Shown here piece after piece: positions 53,537 to 62,631 of a stretch of DNA of 64,000 nt. Source of the DNA: a virus; IMG/VR virus record IMGVR_UViG_3300025671_000038. One strand, given 5' to 3'. The position numbers and the translations under genes are program-made. Each line of letters opens with the position of its first letter. The first letter of the stretch is position 1. The notes under the pieces are model-generated. The model saw only the letters and a list, made by a program, of their open reading frames with translations, was not told the origin of the DNA and ran no database searches.

Positions 53537-54766
53537 TTACCCCCTGGAGGCAATTACTGACTCTACCTTATTACGTGCATCCGACTTTAGATCGTCAAGT
53601 TCTAAGACGTAAACATCAACCTTCTTCTGGTTATTATCGCTAAGAGCATTAAGTGTATCTCTGAGCCCGTCGGGATTTTGAAAAACCAGACATCCTGCGG
53701 AATAACTATCTATTCTTTCCGATCCAGAGCTTCCAGCTTTGTGTATATTAATACCAAACTTGCCTGACTCAGCATTACCTGGGGAATACGTGGTGAACTT
53801 AGCATCCTTAGGATCCAAAACAGGGATATATCTCTGCACTGTTACACTTCCGTCTTGGACCAACGCTTTATATCCCTTATGATTACCAACCTTATATGAA
53901 TATTTTCCAGGCTGAAGTATGGCGAGACCCTTAGGGTTTATCGAAGAATTTGGGTTAGCAGCAACATACCAGTTCCTGAAAGGAACCGCTAAGTAAAGTG
54001 GACTAGGCGTAGTTGTGGCCCTGAAGACATCAACTTCCTTATCGTCCTCCGGGTTCATTACCATTATCCAATCCGTGAAGTGGTTTTGGTGTCCATTTTT
54101 CTCGGATATTTTATTACGGACTGCAATGATATTCACTTCGTCAGTATCTACCTTATATCCTTCATCCTCCAATGCTTTATTAATAGCATCCCACCTTTCT
54201 TCCGAATTACCAACCCGGTAACTCCTTTTGTCTTTTAATGATCCATAATCATATGGGGAGCTAGATGGCAAAAGATTATAATCTGGCTGAAGAACCATGC
54301 TATCATCTTCAGCTGCCTTCTTTATAGTCTCGACGTTTGTTTCAAATTCCTCCTTACTCTTCCGGGATCTATTGAGCTTGTTTAAGATTGATCCTACCGT
54401 TAAGGGAGAGTCTGAAATAGCTTCCTGCGATATCCCCTGTTGTGCAATATAGTCTGGGTTGTCTGCTAGAAATTTACCAAGACTAGCACCAGCCGAAGTA
54501 GCTAATAAGAGATCTATAGCCTTTATTTTCCCGATATCCGTAACCCCGGGTGCATCGACCTCTTGCTGATTTACACTAGAGCCACCTGATCTCCCACCTG
54601 GTGAAGTTGCTTGATTTAACCCTTTGTTGATTCTATCGGTACTCTGCTGAATTTGATTCAGAAAAGATCCAAGCTGGGCATCCCCTGGGTTAATCTCGGA
54701 ACCTGGTCCTCCTTCGTTTAGAACATCCTCAGTAAACTCTCTAAAATTAAATATCTTACCTCCCAT
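53537..54766 (-). CDS. YkuD/L,D-transpeptidase-like domain protein, possible virion protein
   Basis: GINIHKAG...SAGCLVF (H...SxGC); N-terminus IFNFREFTEDVLNE; GATAAATA at 54789-54796. Confidence 0.7.
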   Translation of the reverse strand: MGGKIFNFREFTEDVLNEGGPGSEINPGDAQLGSFLNQIQQSTDRINKGLNQATSPGGRSGGSSVNQQEVDAPGVTDIGKIKAIDLLLATSAGASLGKFLADNPDYIAQQGISQEAISDSPLTVGSILNKLNRSRKSKEEFETNVETIKKAAEDDSMVLQPDYNLLPSSSPYDYGSLKDKRSYRVGNSEERWDAINKALEDEGYKVDTDEVNIIAVRNKISEKNGHQNHFTDWIMVMNPEDDKEVDVFRATTTPSPLYLAVPFRNWYVAANPNSSINPKGLAILQPGKYSYKVGNHKGYKALVQDGSVTVQRYIPVLDPKDAKFTTYSPGNAESGKFGINIHKAGSSGSERIDSYSAGCLVFQNPDGLRDTLNALSDNNQKKVDVYVLELDDLKSDARNKVESVIASRG

Positions 54767-54813
54767 TAAAAGATCAATCTATTTAATCTATTTATCTAAC
54801 CCACGGGATTTTT

Positions 54814-55143
54814 CTATTCCTTTATTAGATAAACTATCAGAGAATCCAACAAGACACTAATCCCGCTATTTAGAAACCCGTAAGCCAAGCAGATCACAAA
54901 ATCCGTAGCCAATCCATAATCCACCAAGAACCAAGGATCCATAGGGTTTCTAACAAATCCGATAACAGTAAGAAGACCCAAGAAAACCCCAACCCAAAAA
55001 CCACTACACTGTATGCAGGTTAACAATTTGGAAAGGCTTGGATGCTTAACTTGCAAATAAGCCCGGGGTCGGTCGAATATCGTCCCATTTACAAGTATAC
55101 TAGTAATTGACCAGCCAACGATTAGTAGAGTTATAGATTCCAT
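54814..55143 (-). CDS. DUF1360-like membrane protein
   Basis: LLTCIQCSGFWVG between TM helices. Confidence 0.65.
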   Translation of the reverse strand: MESITLLIVGWSITSILVNGTIFDRPRAYLQVKHPSLSKLLTCIQCSGFWVGVFLGLLTVIGFVRNPMDPWFLVDYGLATDFVICLAYGFLNSGISVLLDSLIVYLIKE

Positions 55144-56169
55144 CTAGAATATGTCTTTATATTGTTCTAAGAATTGTTTCTGCTCTTCTGAAAGGACTGC
55201 AGGTACTGAAACGTCTATCCTAACCAATATATCACCCCGGTAATTGTTACCGAATTCGGGCACCCCCTTTCCCGCTAATCTGAATATCTTCCCTGGACTA
55301 GTCCCCGGGGGTATGGTTATCTTGTATTCACCGCCAGCTGAAATATTGGGTATATTGATCTCTTTACCTAGACAAACCTCGGGAAAGGTCAAGGTCTCAG
55401 AGCAGATGAGATTTAGTCCATCTCTTTTATAATATGGATGAGGTTGATCGAAAACGCTAATAATCAAATCACCAGGGTCGGATGGAGATTTAGCCATATC
55501 TCCCTTACCTGGTAAGGTAAAGCTTATCCCAGAAACCGATCCCTTCGGAATATTGATCTCCACCTGGTCTTGTCTTCTCTCCGTCCCCTGTCCGTGGCAG
55601 GAAGGGCAGGTAGTTTTTGGTATCTTCCCTGTTCCCGAGCAAGAATAGCAGGTCTCGTCCATAGCTATCTGCCCAAAATTGCTATTAACTATCTTTCTCT
55701 TTACCCCAACACCACCACAAACGTGGCAAGTATCCATGTTTCCATCTTTAGCTCCCGTTCCCTGACAGGGCTTGCACTGCATTCTCCTAAAAACATTCGC
55801 GGATTTCTTTGAGCCGTTTATAACCTCCTCAAGGGTTATCTCCACTCTAGCGTTAATGTTTTTACCTCTTTTGATTATCTCCTGTTCGGAGAATCCACCA
55901 AATGGGTTAAACCCTCCAGTGAAAGGATTACCGGAGGTAAATGGATTACCTGAAGTAAATGGATTTGGTCTGTCGTAATCCCTCCTCTTTTGGGGATTTC
56001 CTAAAGTCTCGTAAGCCTCAGCTATTTCCTTAAACTTGCTCTCAGATTCCTTGTCGTTACCAGTTTTATCTGGGTGATATTTCTGGACAAGCTTTCGGTA
56101 GGATTTTTTTATTTCCTCCTGAGTGGCTCCTCTCTGAACATTTAAAATCTTGTAGTAGTCCTTTCCCAT
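55144..56169 (-). CDS. dnaJ: molecular chaperone DnaJ
   Basis: DYYKIL, HPD, four CxxCxGxG repeats, C-terminal GDL/GDI. Confidence 0.95.
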   Translation of the reverse strand: MGKDYYKILNVQRGATQEEIKKSYRKLVQKYHPDKTGNDKESESKFKEIAEAYETLGNPQKRRDYDRPNPFTSGNPFTSGNPFTGGFNPFGGFSEQEIIKRGKNINARVEITLEEVINGSKKSANVFRRMQCKPCQGTGAKDGNMDTCHVCGGVGVKRKIVNSNFGQIAMDETCYSCSGTGKIPKTTCPSCHGQGTERRQDQVEINIPKGSVSGISFTLPGKGDMAKSPSDPGDLIISVFDQPHPYYKRDGLNLICSETLTFPEVCLGKEINIPNISAGGEYKITIPPGTSPGKIFRLAGKGVPEFGNNYRGDILVRIDVSVPAVLSEEQKQFLEQYKDIF

Positions 56170-56176
56170 TATGTAA

Positions 56177-56524
56177 CTAGAAAGATGACTTAAGCCACTC
56201 TCTAATTACCATCTCTTTCCCTCGATCTGAATCCGGCACATTTTGCCACTTGGAAACGAGCTCCTCCTTTAGCGATAAGATCTCACCACAAATCTCGTAG
56301 CTCTCTTCATTTTCCCAGTATTTACACATCTTGCTACAAAAATCCGAAATCTGATCCTTGCTCGAAAAGATGTATACAAATTCCTGGCTTTGCCCTCTTA
56401 GTGCTTCCAAAAAAAGATCCTGGACAGCTCTTTCGACGTGGCATTTTAGTACGGAAAGTTGTGGATGGTCTTCGAAAGAAGATCTCCAATCGGGGAAATG
56501 CTGGTTGTCGAAAGATAGATTCAT
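56177..56524 (-). CDS. small protein with UVR-like (E-x-YE-x-C) motif
   Basis: YWENEESYEICGEILSLK; GATATATA at 56555-56562. Confidence 0.65.
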   Translation of the reverse strand: MNLSFDNQHFPDWRSSFEDHPQLSVLKCHVERAVQDLFLEALRGQSQEFVYIFSSKDQISDFCSKMCKYWENEESYEICGEILSLKEELVSKWQNVPDSDRGKEMVIREWLKSSF

Positions 56525-56531
56525 GCCGGTT

Positions 56532-56795
56532 TTATTTAAGGGTGTCTAGAAATGTATATATCTCTATATAAATTTCCTGTTCGCTCAAATCTAGATAATT
56601 TATGTTTAGTTTTTCTAATGCCCAATCAGTTTTTTTTGAACCGAACCTTTCAAATAAAACTTCCTTCTTGATCTGAGCCTCCATCTTAGAATCCCTATGG
56701 TATGTAACACCGGATTCTTTCAAGGAGAGAATCCTCTCCTCGAATTCCCTTAACCTTTCATAATCTTCTTTCTTTAGCTCTACCTTTCCTGACAT
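56532..56795 (-). CDS. hypothetical protein
   Basis: 87-aa ORF. Confidence 0.6.
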   Translation of the reverse strand: MSGKVELKKEDYERLREFEERILSLKESGVTYHRDSKMEAQIKKEVLFERFGSKKTDWALEKLNINYLDLSEQEIYIEIYTFLDTLK

Positions 56796-57727
56796 ATGAT
56801 TTCCTCGATATTAGAATGGTAATGAAGAAGTGCTTTGTCCTTCATTTTAACCTCTAATTCTATATCGAAGTTGTGTCCATATGTTTCGATCCTTTCGTGG
56901 ATCCAATCTGAGTGTGCTAGCTCTTTCGCAGAATCATCTTCGAACAGAGCTCTAGACTCGGAAAAATGGGTTAATGGAGTTATATCTACGGGCCAGGTTG
57001 ACAGACAAACTAGAAGTGATTCCTCCTCCGATAAACCTTCCGGGGGATTACATTGGTTGTGGAGATAATCGAATGTAACAGGTATCCCTATAACATCATG
57101 TACCATTTTCTTCAAGTCAACCGAGGTATATTGAGATCTTTTATCGTCCACCTCAACAACCAGTCTTTTTTTGACAGATTCTGGCAGGAGGGAGAAATTC
57201 TGACAGAACCTGGCAGCAGCCTCCTCCTTGCTTGGCTTGGTAGTGTTAACATGGATGTTTATGGGATAGTTTAGATTTCTCTCCAGTCCCATCAGATCCA
57301 TGATTTCTCCGTGTTGGCTTAACTCCTTAACAGCGTTGCGAACTACGTCATCTCTGAGAGAAGCAAGAACACCATAAGGGGAAGGGTGAAATGTTATTCT
57401 CTGGTTTCCCCGCATAGCTATTTCTCCAGCAAGTACGAGGTAGGACTTGATTTCTTCAAAATCTGGTAGATCCTCCAACTCATACTCGGAGCACCAAGGG
57501 AACATATCAGAACTCATTCTATACATCTTTATCCCCTGTTCATTATTCCAGGAAATTATTGTACAAAGGTCCTTCACATTGAGCAATGCCAGCTCCGAAA
57601 CATAGTCCAACCCTCTTGACAAGAATGTCTTTTTGGTCATGGATCGATTTGTAGTAATCCTATCCTTCTTCCCTTTACCCTCTGACAAGCTTAAATTAAT
57701 GCAACAATATCCATATCTTCTCTCCAT
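56780..57727 (-). CDS. uvsE: UV damage endonuclease
   Basis: GYCCINLSL, MYRMSSDMFP, RITFHP, NIHV, FDYLH, HFSES, HSD, EVKMKD. Confidence 0.92.
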   Translation of the reverse strand: MERRYGYCCINLSLSEGKGKKDRITTNRSMTKKTFLSRGLDYVSELALLNVKDLCTIISWNNEQGIKMYRMSSDMFPWCSEYELEDLPDFEEIKSYLVLAGEIAMRGNQRITFHPSPYGVLASLRDDVVRNAVKELSQHGEIMDLMGLERNLNYPINIHVNTTKPSKEEAAARFCQNFSLLPESVKKRLVVEVDDKRSQYTSVDLKKMVHDVIGIPVTFDYLHNQCNPPEGLSEEESLLVCLSTWPVDITPLTHFSESRALFEDDSAKELAHSDWIHERIETYGHNFDIELEVKMKDKALLHYHSNIEEIICQER

Positions 57728-57731
57728 ACGA

Positions 57732-57763
57732 CAAACATAAGATTACTAACCGGGCTAAAAAAA
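57732..57763 (-). promoter_or_regulatory. Bacteroidota-type sigma70 promoter for uvsE
   Basis: T7 tract, 17 nt, TATGTTTG. Confidence 0.65.
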
Positions 57764-57765
57764 TA

Positions 57766-59550
57766 TCAAGCGAGGGAAGACAGCCAAGCTTTCCTTGCTT
57801 CCGAGGATTTACCAAAAGCCATCTCTAACATCGCGGAAGATTTTCTGTCCTTCACGATATTGGTTAGCTTCTTATTCTTCATCACATAGTCCCAATCGTC
57901 CAAAGACAATGAACCGAGTCCCTTAAGATATCTTACACCGGAAACACGGGAACTCTTTGACTCCTTCTTAAAATCATCCAGAGAGTAGAAATATTTTTTG
58001 GACCTCTCCCCGATAGAAACCAGCGGAGTTTCCAGAAAATACAACATTCTCTTTTCTACAATCCAGGGGAACCATCTGAAGAACAGGCTAATGAGAAGAG
58101 ATGTAATGTGAGCTCCATCCGGATCCTGATCTGTCGCTATCACGATGTTCTGATATGGACATCTGAGATTCGAATTTTCCGGATCCAAGTTGAGTATCTG
58201 CATCAATTCCAGGATCTCCTTATTCTCTGCCAAATCCGACAGGCTCCTGGCATTCTTAATTTTACCCTTCAAAGCATATACTCCATCACGGGAAGGGTTT
58301 CTTTTTTGCAATATAGAACCCATAGCGCTAAGACCCTCCACAATAAATAGATTCTGAGCTGCCCTTGATGCAGGTGGGAAGTACTTATGCGAGTACTTCA
58401 CATTTACGCTTTTCTTTTCCCTTCTGATTTTCTTAAGGTTTGATTCCTTTTTTCTTTTTTCTACTTTGTCCCTTACCTTCTTATACAGAGGGGTGGTAAA
58501 GAATTTCTTTAGGGATCCACTAAAAGAATTCAATATTATATCCTCAACCTCTTCCCTCCTTGAGACGAATTTGGTCTTATTTTGATCACCAAACTTTACC
58601 CTCCCGGGAGGCAAATTCAATATCAAGCAGAAGTCATAGAAATGGTGAGCCAGAGAATCGTCCAGGGTTCCGTTAATCTGATCCATAATAATCTTCTGGT
58701 GTATCCCAGTACAGGTAGCTGAATTTACAAAGGACACAGATCCCGAATCGTCCACCTTTTCCCAGATGAGAAGTTCACCAATCTTAGTCTTGTAAGAAAG
58801 CTGCTGGAAAACTCTAGTATCGATGGGTATATCGTTACCATCCCAGATGAAGTGTATCTTTATTCCCTTAGTGTTGTCCTCTGTCTCTAACACTCTCTTC
58901 TTCAGTAGTAGCAGAGACCTTAAAATGTCTTTGTTCCATTTGCAATTATCAAATATCTTTGATAACGGAGTAAAGCTTACAGTGGTCCCCAGCTTTTTCC
59001 TTCCTCTCTTAAGAACCTTGGGTTGTGTTGGCTTAAAGTTGTTCCATTCCTGAAAATAATACTCCTTAGGACTGGTAGTTTCTATGGAGAAATAGCTAGA
59101 CATGGCGTTAACTAAGCTAACCCCCATTCCGTTGGTCCCTATTAGTGTTTCCGAGATGTCCTCATTATCAAAGTTAGAGCCAGCTCTCAACATAGAGACT
59201 GCAGTAGCAACATTGGACATGCCGCTTTTCTTGTTAATTGCAGATGCGTTGATAAAACCCTCACCCGAATCAGTTATGCGAATGGTGTTAGCCTTCGAGT
59301 CAACCTCCACGCTGATGTGATCCATTGATTTTTTCATCCTCTTTGCTTCGTCGACGGAGTTAGAAAAAACTTCATCGAAGAGCTTGTACATACCGACTGA
59401 TATGTTATAGGGGACCAGTCTTATTTTATCCTTATCAACTATCGGAATTTGTTCTTCCGTTACCTTCACGGAGCCAACGTAGATAGTGGGCCTTTTTAAT
59501 ATGTGCTCAAAATCTGAAAGAACCTGTATGCTTTTATTAGCATTCTTCAT
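57766..59550 (-). CDS. type IIA topoisomerase, ATPase + TOPRIM subunit (gp39+gp60-like/GyrB-like)
   Basis: HILKRPTIYVGS, EVFSNSVD, AGSNFD, GTNGMG, IVEGLSA, LKGK, DQDPDGAHI, YLKGLGS. Confidence 0.93.
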   Translation of the reverse strand: MKNANKSIQVLSDFEHILKRPTIYVGSVKVTEEQIPIVDKDKIRLVPYNISVGMYKLFDEVFSNSVDEAKRMKKSMDHISVEVDSKANTIRITDSGEGFINASAINKKSGMSNVATAVSMLRAGSNFDNEDISETLIGTNGMGVSLVNAMSSYFSIETTSPKEYYFQEWNNFKPTQPKVLKRGRKKLGTTVSFTPLSKIFDNCKWNKDILRSLLLLKKRVLETEDNTKGIKIHFIWDGNDIPIDTRVFQQLSYKTKIGELLIWEKVDDSGSVSFVNSATCTGIHQKIIMDQINGTLDDSLAHHFYDFCLILNLPPGRVKFGDQNKTKFVSRREEVEDIILNSFSGSLKKFFTTPLYKKVRDKVEKRKKESNLKKIRREKKSVNVKYSHKYFPPASRAAQNLFIVEGLSAMGSILQKRNPSRDGVYALKGKIKNARSLSDLAENKEILELMQILNLDPENSNLRCPYQNIVIATDQDPDGAHITSLLISLFFRWFPWIVEKRMLYFLETPLVSIGERSKKYFYSLDDFKKESKSSRVSGVRYLKGLGSLSLDDWDYVMKNKKLTNIVKDRKSSAMLEMAFGKSSEARKAWLSSLA

Positions 59551-59604
59551 ACTTCATCTATATTTGTCCCAAGTTATACGGTTACCCTTAATTATTATTT
59601 CGAC

Positions 59605-59634
59605 AAAAAAAGGGGATACAATCTGTATCCCCTT
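59605..59634 (-). terminator. intrinsic terminator
   Basis: AAGGGGATACA-GAT-TGTATCCCCTT followed by a T run. Confidence 0.8.
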
Positions 59635-59659
59635 CGGTGTTAATCTAATAAATCAGCTA

Positions 59660-59872
59660 TTATTTCTCCAGAAGTCCTTTAACCCAGTTTTTAAATAGGT
59701 CCCAGTTTCTAGTTGCAAATACGCCGAATGCGAATCCTGCATATACCTTATAGCCGAGTGTCCATAGTGCAGCTCCTGCGATTAAGCCAGCAACTCCTTC
59801 TACTCCGTTTGCTATAATCCATCCCTTTACGAGGGAATAAACGTTTTTGATAAAGTCCAATACTTTTTTCAT
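59660..59872 (-). CDS. small membrane protein
   Basis: 70 aa, Gly/Ala-rich TM region. Confidence 0.7.
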   Translation of the reverse strand: MKKVLDFIKNVYSLVKGWIIANGVEGVAGLIAGAALWTLGYKVYAGFAFGVFATRNWDLFKNWVKGLLEK

Positions 59873-59881
59873 TTGTTCTTA

Positions 59882-60415
59882 TTAATTATTTTCGATTGGT
59901 GTGTAATATATCTCGTCGACCTTAAGAGGCGATATTTTAGCTTCGTATCCCTTATCCGGTAGGGAGGCAGGTATTCCTATGATCATATCCGTTCCTCCGA
60001 CATTTTCAATCCTATCAACAATAAACTCAGAGTCAAAGAAGATTGTTCTCTGATCTCCGAATCGATTGACATCAAAATCGAAATCCTCAACCTCTGCGTC
60101 AACATCATCTTTTTTACCTATCGATGATTTATGAATCCTGGCTAATCTTTCTCTCTCCTGAGCTATAATGTCCTTAATGTAATCTGGAGCGCCTTTACCT
60201 TGTGTAGGAACCTCAGCAATTACATTAATGTTTTCAACAGTTCCCATTTCCTTCTGGGCTAGTAGATCCCTTAACTTTGGTACAATCTCAGAATATTTTA
60301 GCTCCTCGACAGGAGCAGCATTTATATTCTTCTTGAAGTCAAGCTCATTATACAGAGGGGTTGATCCTTCGTTGATTTTGTTTGAGTAATCCTCAAATAA
60401 ACTTATGTGCTTCAT
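59882..60415 (-). CDS. hypothetical protein, possible internal virion protein
   Basis: MKHISLFEDYSNKINE; GATATATA at 60437-60444. Confidence 0.7.
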   Translation of the reverse strand: MKHISLFEDYSNKINEGSTPLYNELDFKKNINAAPVEELKYSEIVPKLRDLLAQKEMGTVENINVIAEVPTQGKGAPDYIKDIIAQERERLARIHKSSIGKKDDVDAEVEDFDFDVNRFGDQRTIFFDSEFIVDRIENVGGTDMIIGIPASLPDKGYEAKISPLKVDEIYYTPIENN

Positions 60416-60444
60416 CTATTTAAACTTAGATTTATCTATATATC

Positions 60445-60720
60445 CTACCGATCTCGGTGTTTTGTAACCAGAACTTCTAATTCTGATCTTCCCTTTATGA
60501 GTCTATGCCACTCTCCGGCTTTTATATTAATAGTACCTGAACAAGGTATGGGAAGCTGGTTATCAAATTGGAAAAACCAGTCGTTAGTGGATAAAAACTC
60601 TATAGTTCTGTCCTCCTCGTCCCAATGCCACTTCAGATCTTCTTCAGACACTTCGGGATTGAATATTCTTAAATACTTATCCTCTGATTTCCGGATTTCT
60701 TTGTATGGATAGCTTACCAA
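60445..60720 (-). CDS. small cupin-like hypothetical protein
   Basis: WHWDEEDR, FQFDNQLP, WHRLIKG. Confidence 0.65.
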   Translation of the reverse strand: MVSYPYKEIRKSEDKYLRIFNPEVSEEDLKWHWDEEDRTIEFLSTNDWFFQFDNQLPIPCSGTINIKAGEWHRLIKGRSELEVLVTKHRDR

Positions 60721-61265
60721 GGGTTGCTAGATTTAAGGCCTAGGAGCTTATGATACCTATGTACATTACAAGACCACCATCTAGGTTTCCACCTGGGACC
60801 GGGATCGTTACACCTATGTCTAGCTCTAAAGGATTTTGAGGCTTCCTTATCTGAGTTTTTTATTCTCATCCCCGGCTGACCGAATCTAACCATAATGACC
60901 TTCCCCTCTCCGTTCTTCGTATAAACAGCGAACTTTCTTGGTGCTTTAGGCGTCCTGAATGGCTTATCTAGTTCTACCTCCCGACCTTTATATTCGGCCT
61001 CGTTAATTTCAAACGGTACATCTAACAAAACCTCTGCACCGCGATACTTATCTTTTTTCCCTGCGTCGGTACTTATAAGAAAAACATCATCGAAAGAAAG
61101 GTCTAGCTTATCATTCATCCACATTTCCCTGGATTCATTGATTAAATCGAGCCAAGATTCTGACTCTATCCTATAGACACTTTCCATTAGGGAAACTTCG
61201 TTCTGTATATGGTAGTTTAAGCCTTCGCTTAGTGAATCGAAATCTGAAAATCCTTTTATCCTCAT
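60714..61265 (-). CDS. hypothetical phage protein, possible virion protein
   Basis: MRIKGFSDFDSLSE; basic C-terminal SFRARHRC...RWWSC; GATATATA at 61270-61277. Confidence 0.7.
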   Translation of the reverse strand: MRIKGFSDFDSLSEGLNYHIQNEVSLMESVYRIESESWLDLINESREMWMNDKLDLSFDDVFLISTDAGKKDKYRGAEVLLDVPFEINEAEYKGREVELDKPFRTPKAPRKFAVYTKNGEGKVIMVRFGQPGMRIKNSDKEASKSFRARHRCNDPGPRWKPRWWSCNVHRYHKLLGLKSSNPW

Positions 61266-61300
61266 ACCTTATATATCAAGAACAGAACCTCCAGTTATTA

Positions 61301-62575
61301 CTAAGCTTCCTGCTTACTAGCTTTATTTCTCTCCTCTATAGATTGAGCTTTCTTTAGAGCAGCTTCCCTAAAGTATTCGTAATTTTTACGTATTCTGGTT
61401 TTTTCGTTTTCATTCATCGATACGAAGAAGGGCATTCTCATAATGGCTTCCATCTTCTCAGCTGATATCTCCGGATTACCAGTGTGGTAAGCAGCTAGTG
61501 CAAATTCGTCAAGTAATCTCCACTGCCAAATTTCGGGTTCGACGAACAGTATATCGGAGGTTCCGTGATTTTTTACTGCCATGTTGCCATATGTAAATGA
61601 GAGGACCCATCTATTCTGCTCTCTCAGCTTTCTCATAGCGTGAAATACAGCCTCAAGTCTCTCTGGTCTATATTCCCAAGCTTTGGAATAAGCAGCAATA
61701 ACCTCGTCGGGATGCCTTCCCAACTGCTCTTTAAGTCTCCCTATCATATAAAGAGAATAATAAACCTCCTCTTCCCATCCACCAGCTTCAGCTCTTTTCT
61801 GATATGCATCTATCGCTTTTACCTTCTGCTGGGAATCTCTATAGCTCTGAGCAAGGTAGAACATATATCTAGCATTATCAGGCTCCTTTTCTAGCGCCTC
61901 TTCAAGGATTTCAGCGTCCTTTGCATATTTTTCTTCTAGCGAGTTAGCCCTTTTGAGCGGGCTAATATCAGCATCTACCCTACACCTGTCTCCGGGAATT
62001 TGGTATTGTATAAGAGGCTCCTTCCCAGGCAAATCCAGATATTCGTGCAGAACTCCTTTGTATATCCAATCTTGGTCTGATCTTACTATCTGAGCCCTAT
62101 GGTACTGGAGATTGTTGAGCCTATACATTATCTGGAAGCAATCCACATCCGGGGGTAGATTTGAGAATGGGTTTACATTGGGATTTAAAACCTCGAACGT
62201 GTCGTCCGCATCTATTACCCAGAGATAATCACATTTTCCCCTAGCTAATTCTAAACTTTCAGTTCGGTTAACTTCGAAGTTAACCCAAGGTCTCTCGTGG
62301 ATTTCCCCGTCTATTCCAAGATCACCCATGGTGGATCTTATCTCCTCTATAGTATTATCGCTGGATCCGGTATCACATATTACGTAATAGGATATGTAAG
62401 GAGCACATTTGGTTAAACACTTCCTGATTGTGTCCTCCTCATCCTTTACAATCATCACCAGACAAAGGCTAATTGACTGCTCGTTATTGAAATCCGCCTT
62501 CTGCGGATTCGCAATCTGTTTTTTATTAGATCTAGGTTTGGATTTAGTTCTAGTCCTGGATTTTTTAGATGCCAT
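61301..62575 (-). CDS. GT2 glycosyltransferase + TPR
   Basis: LVMIVKDE, CDTGSSD, VIDAD, GVLHEY, RYMFYLAQSYRD, TPR-like helices. Confidence 0.88.
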   Translation of the reverse strand: MASKKSRTRTKSKPRSNKKQIANPQKADFNNEQSISLCLVMIVKDEEDTIRKCLTKCAPYISYYVICDTGSSDNTIEEIRSTMGDLGIDGEIHERPWVNFEVNRTESLELARGKCDYLWVIDADDTFEVLNPNVNPFSNLPPDVDCFQIMYRLNNLQYHRAQIVRSDQDWIYKGVLHEYLDLPGKEPLIQYQIPGDRCRVDADISPLKRANSLEEKYAKDAEILEEALEKEPDNARYMFYLAQSYRDSQQKVKAIDAYQKRAEAGGWEEEVYYSLYMIGRLKEQLGRHPDEVIAAYSKAWEYRPERLEAVFHAMRKLREQNRWVLSFTYGNMAVKNHGTSDILFVEPEIWQWRLLDEFALAAYHTGNPEISAEKMEAIMRMPFFVSMNENEKTRIRKNYEYFREAALKKAQSIEERNKASKQEA

Positions 62576-62631
62576 CTTTTATGTGAATGTATTTCCCATT
62601 TATATGGGACATCCGCTAAAAGATTTCATCC

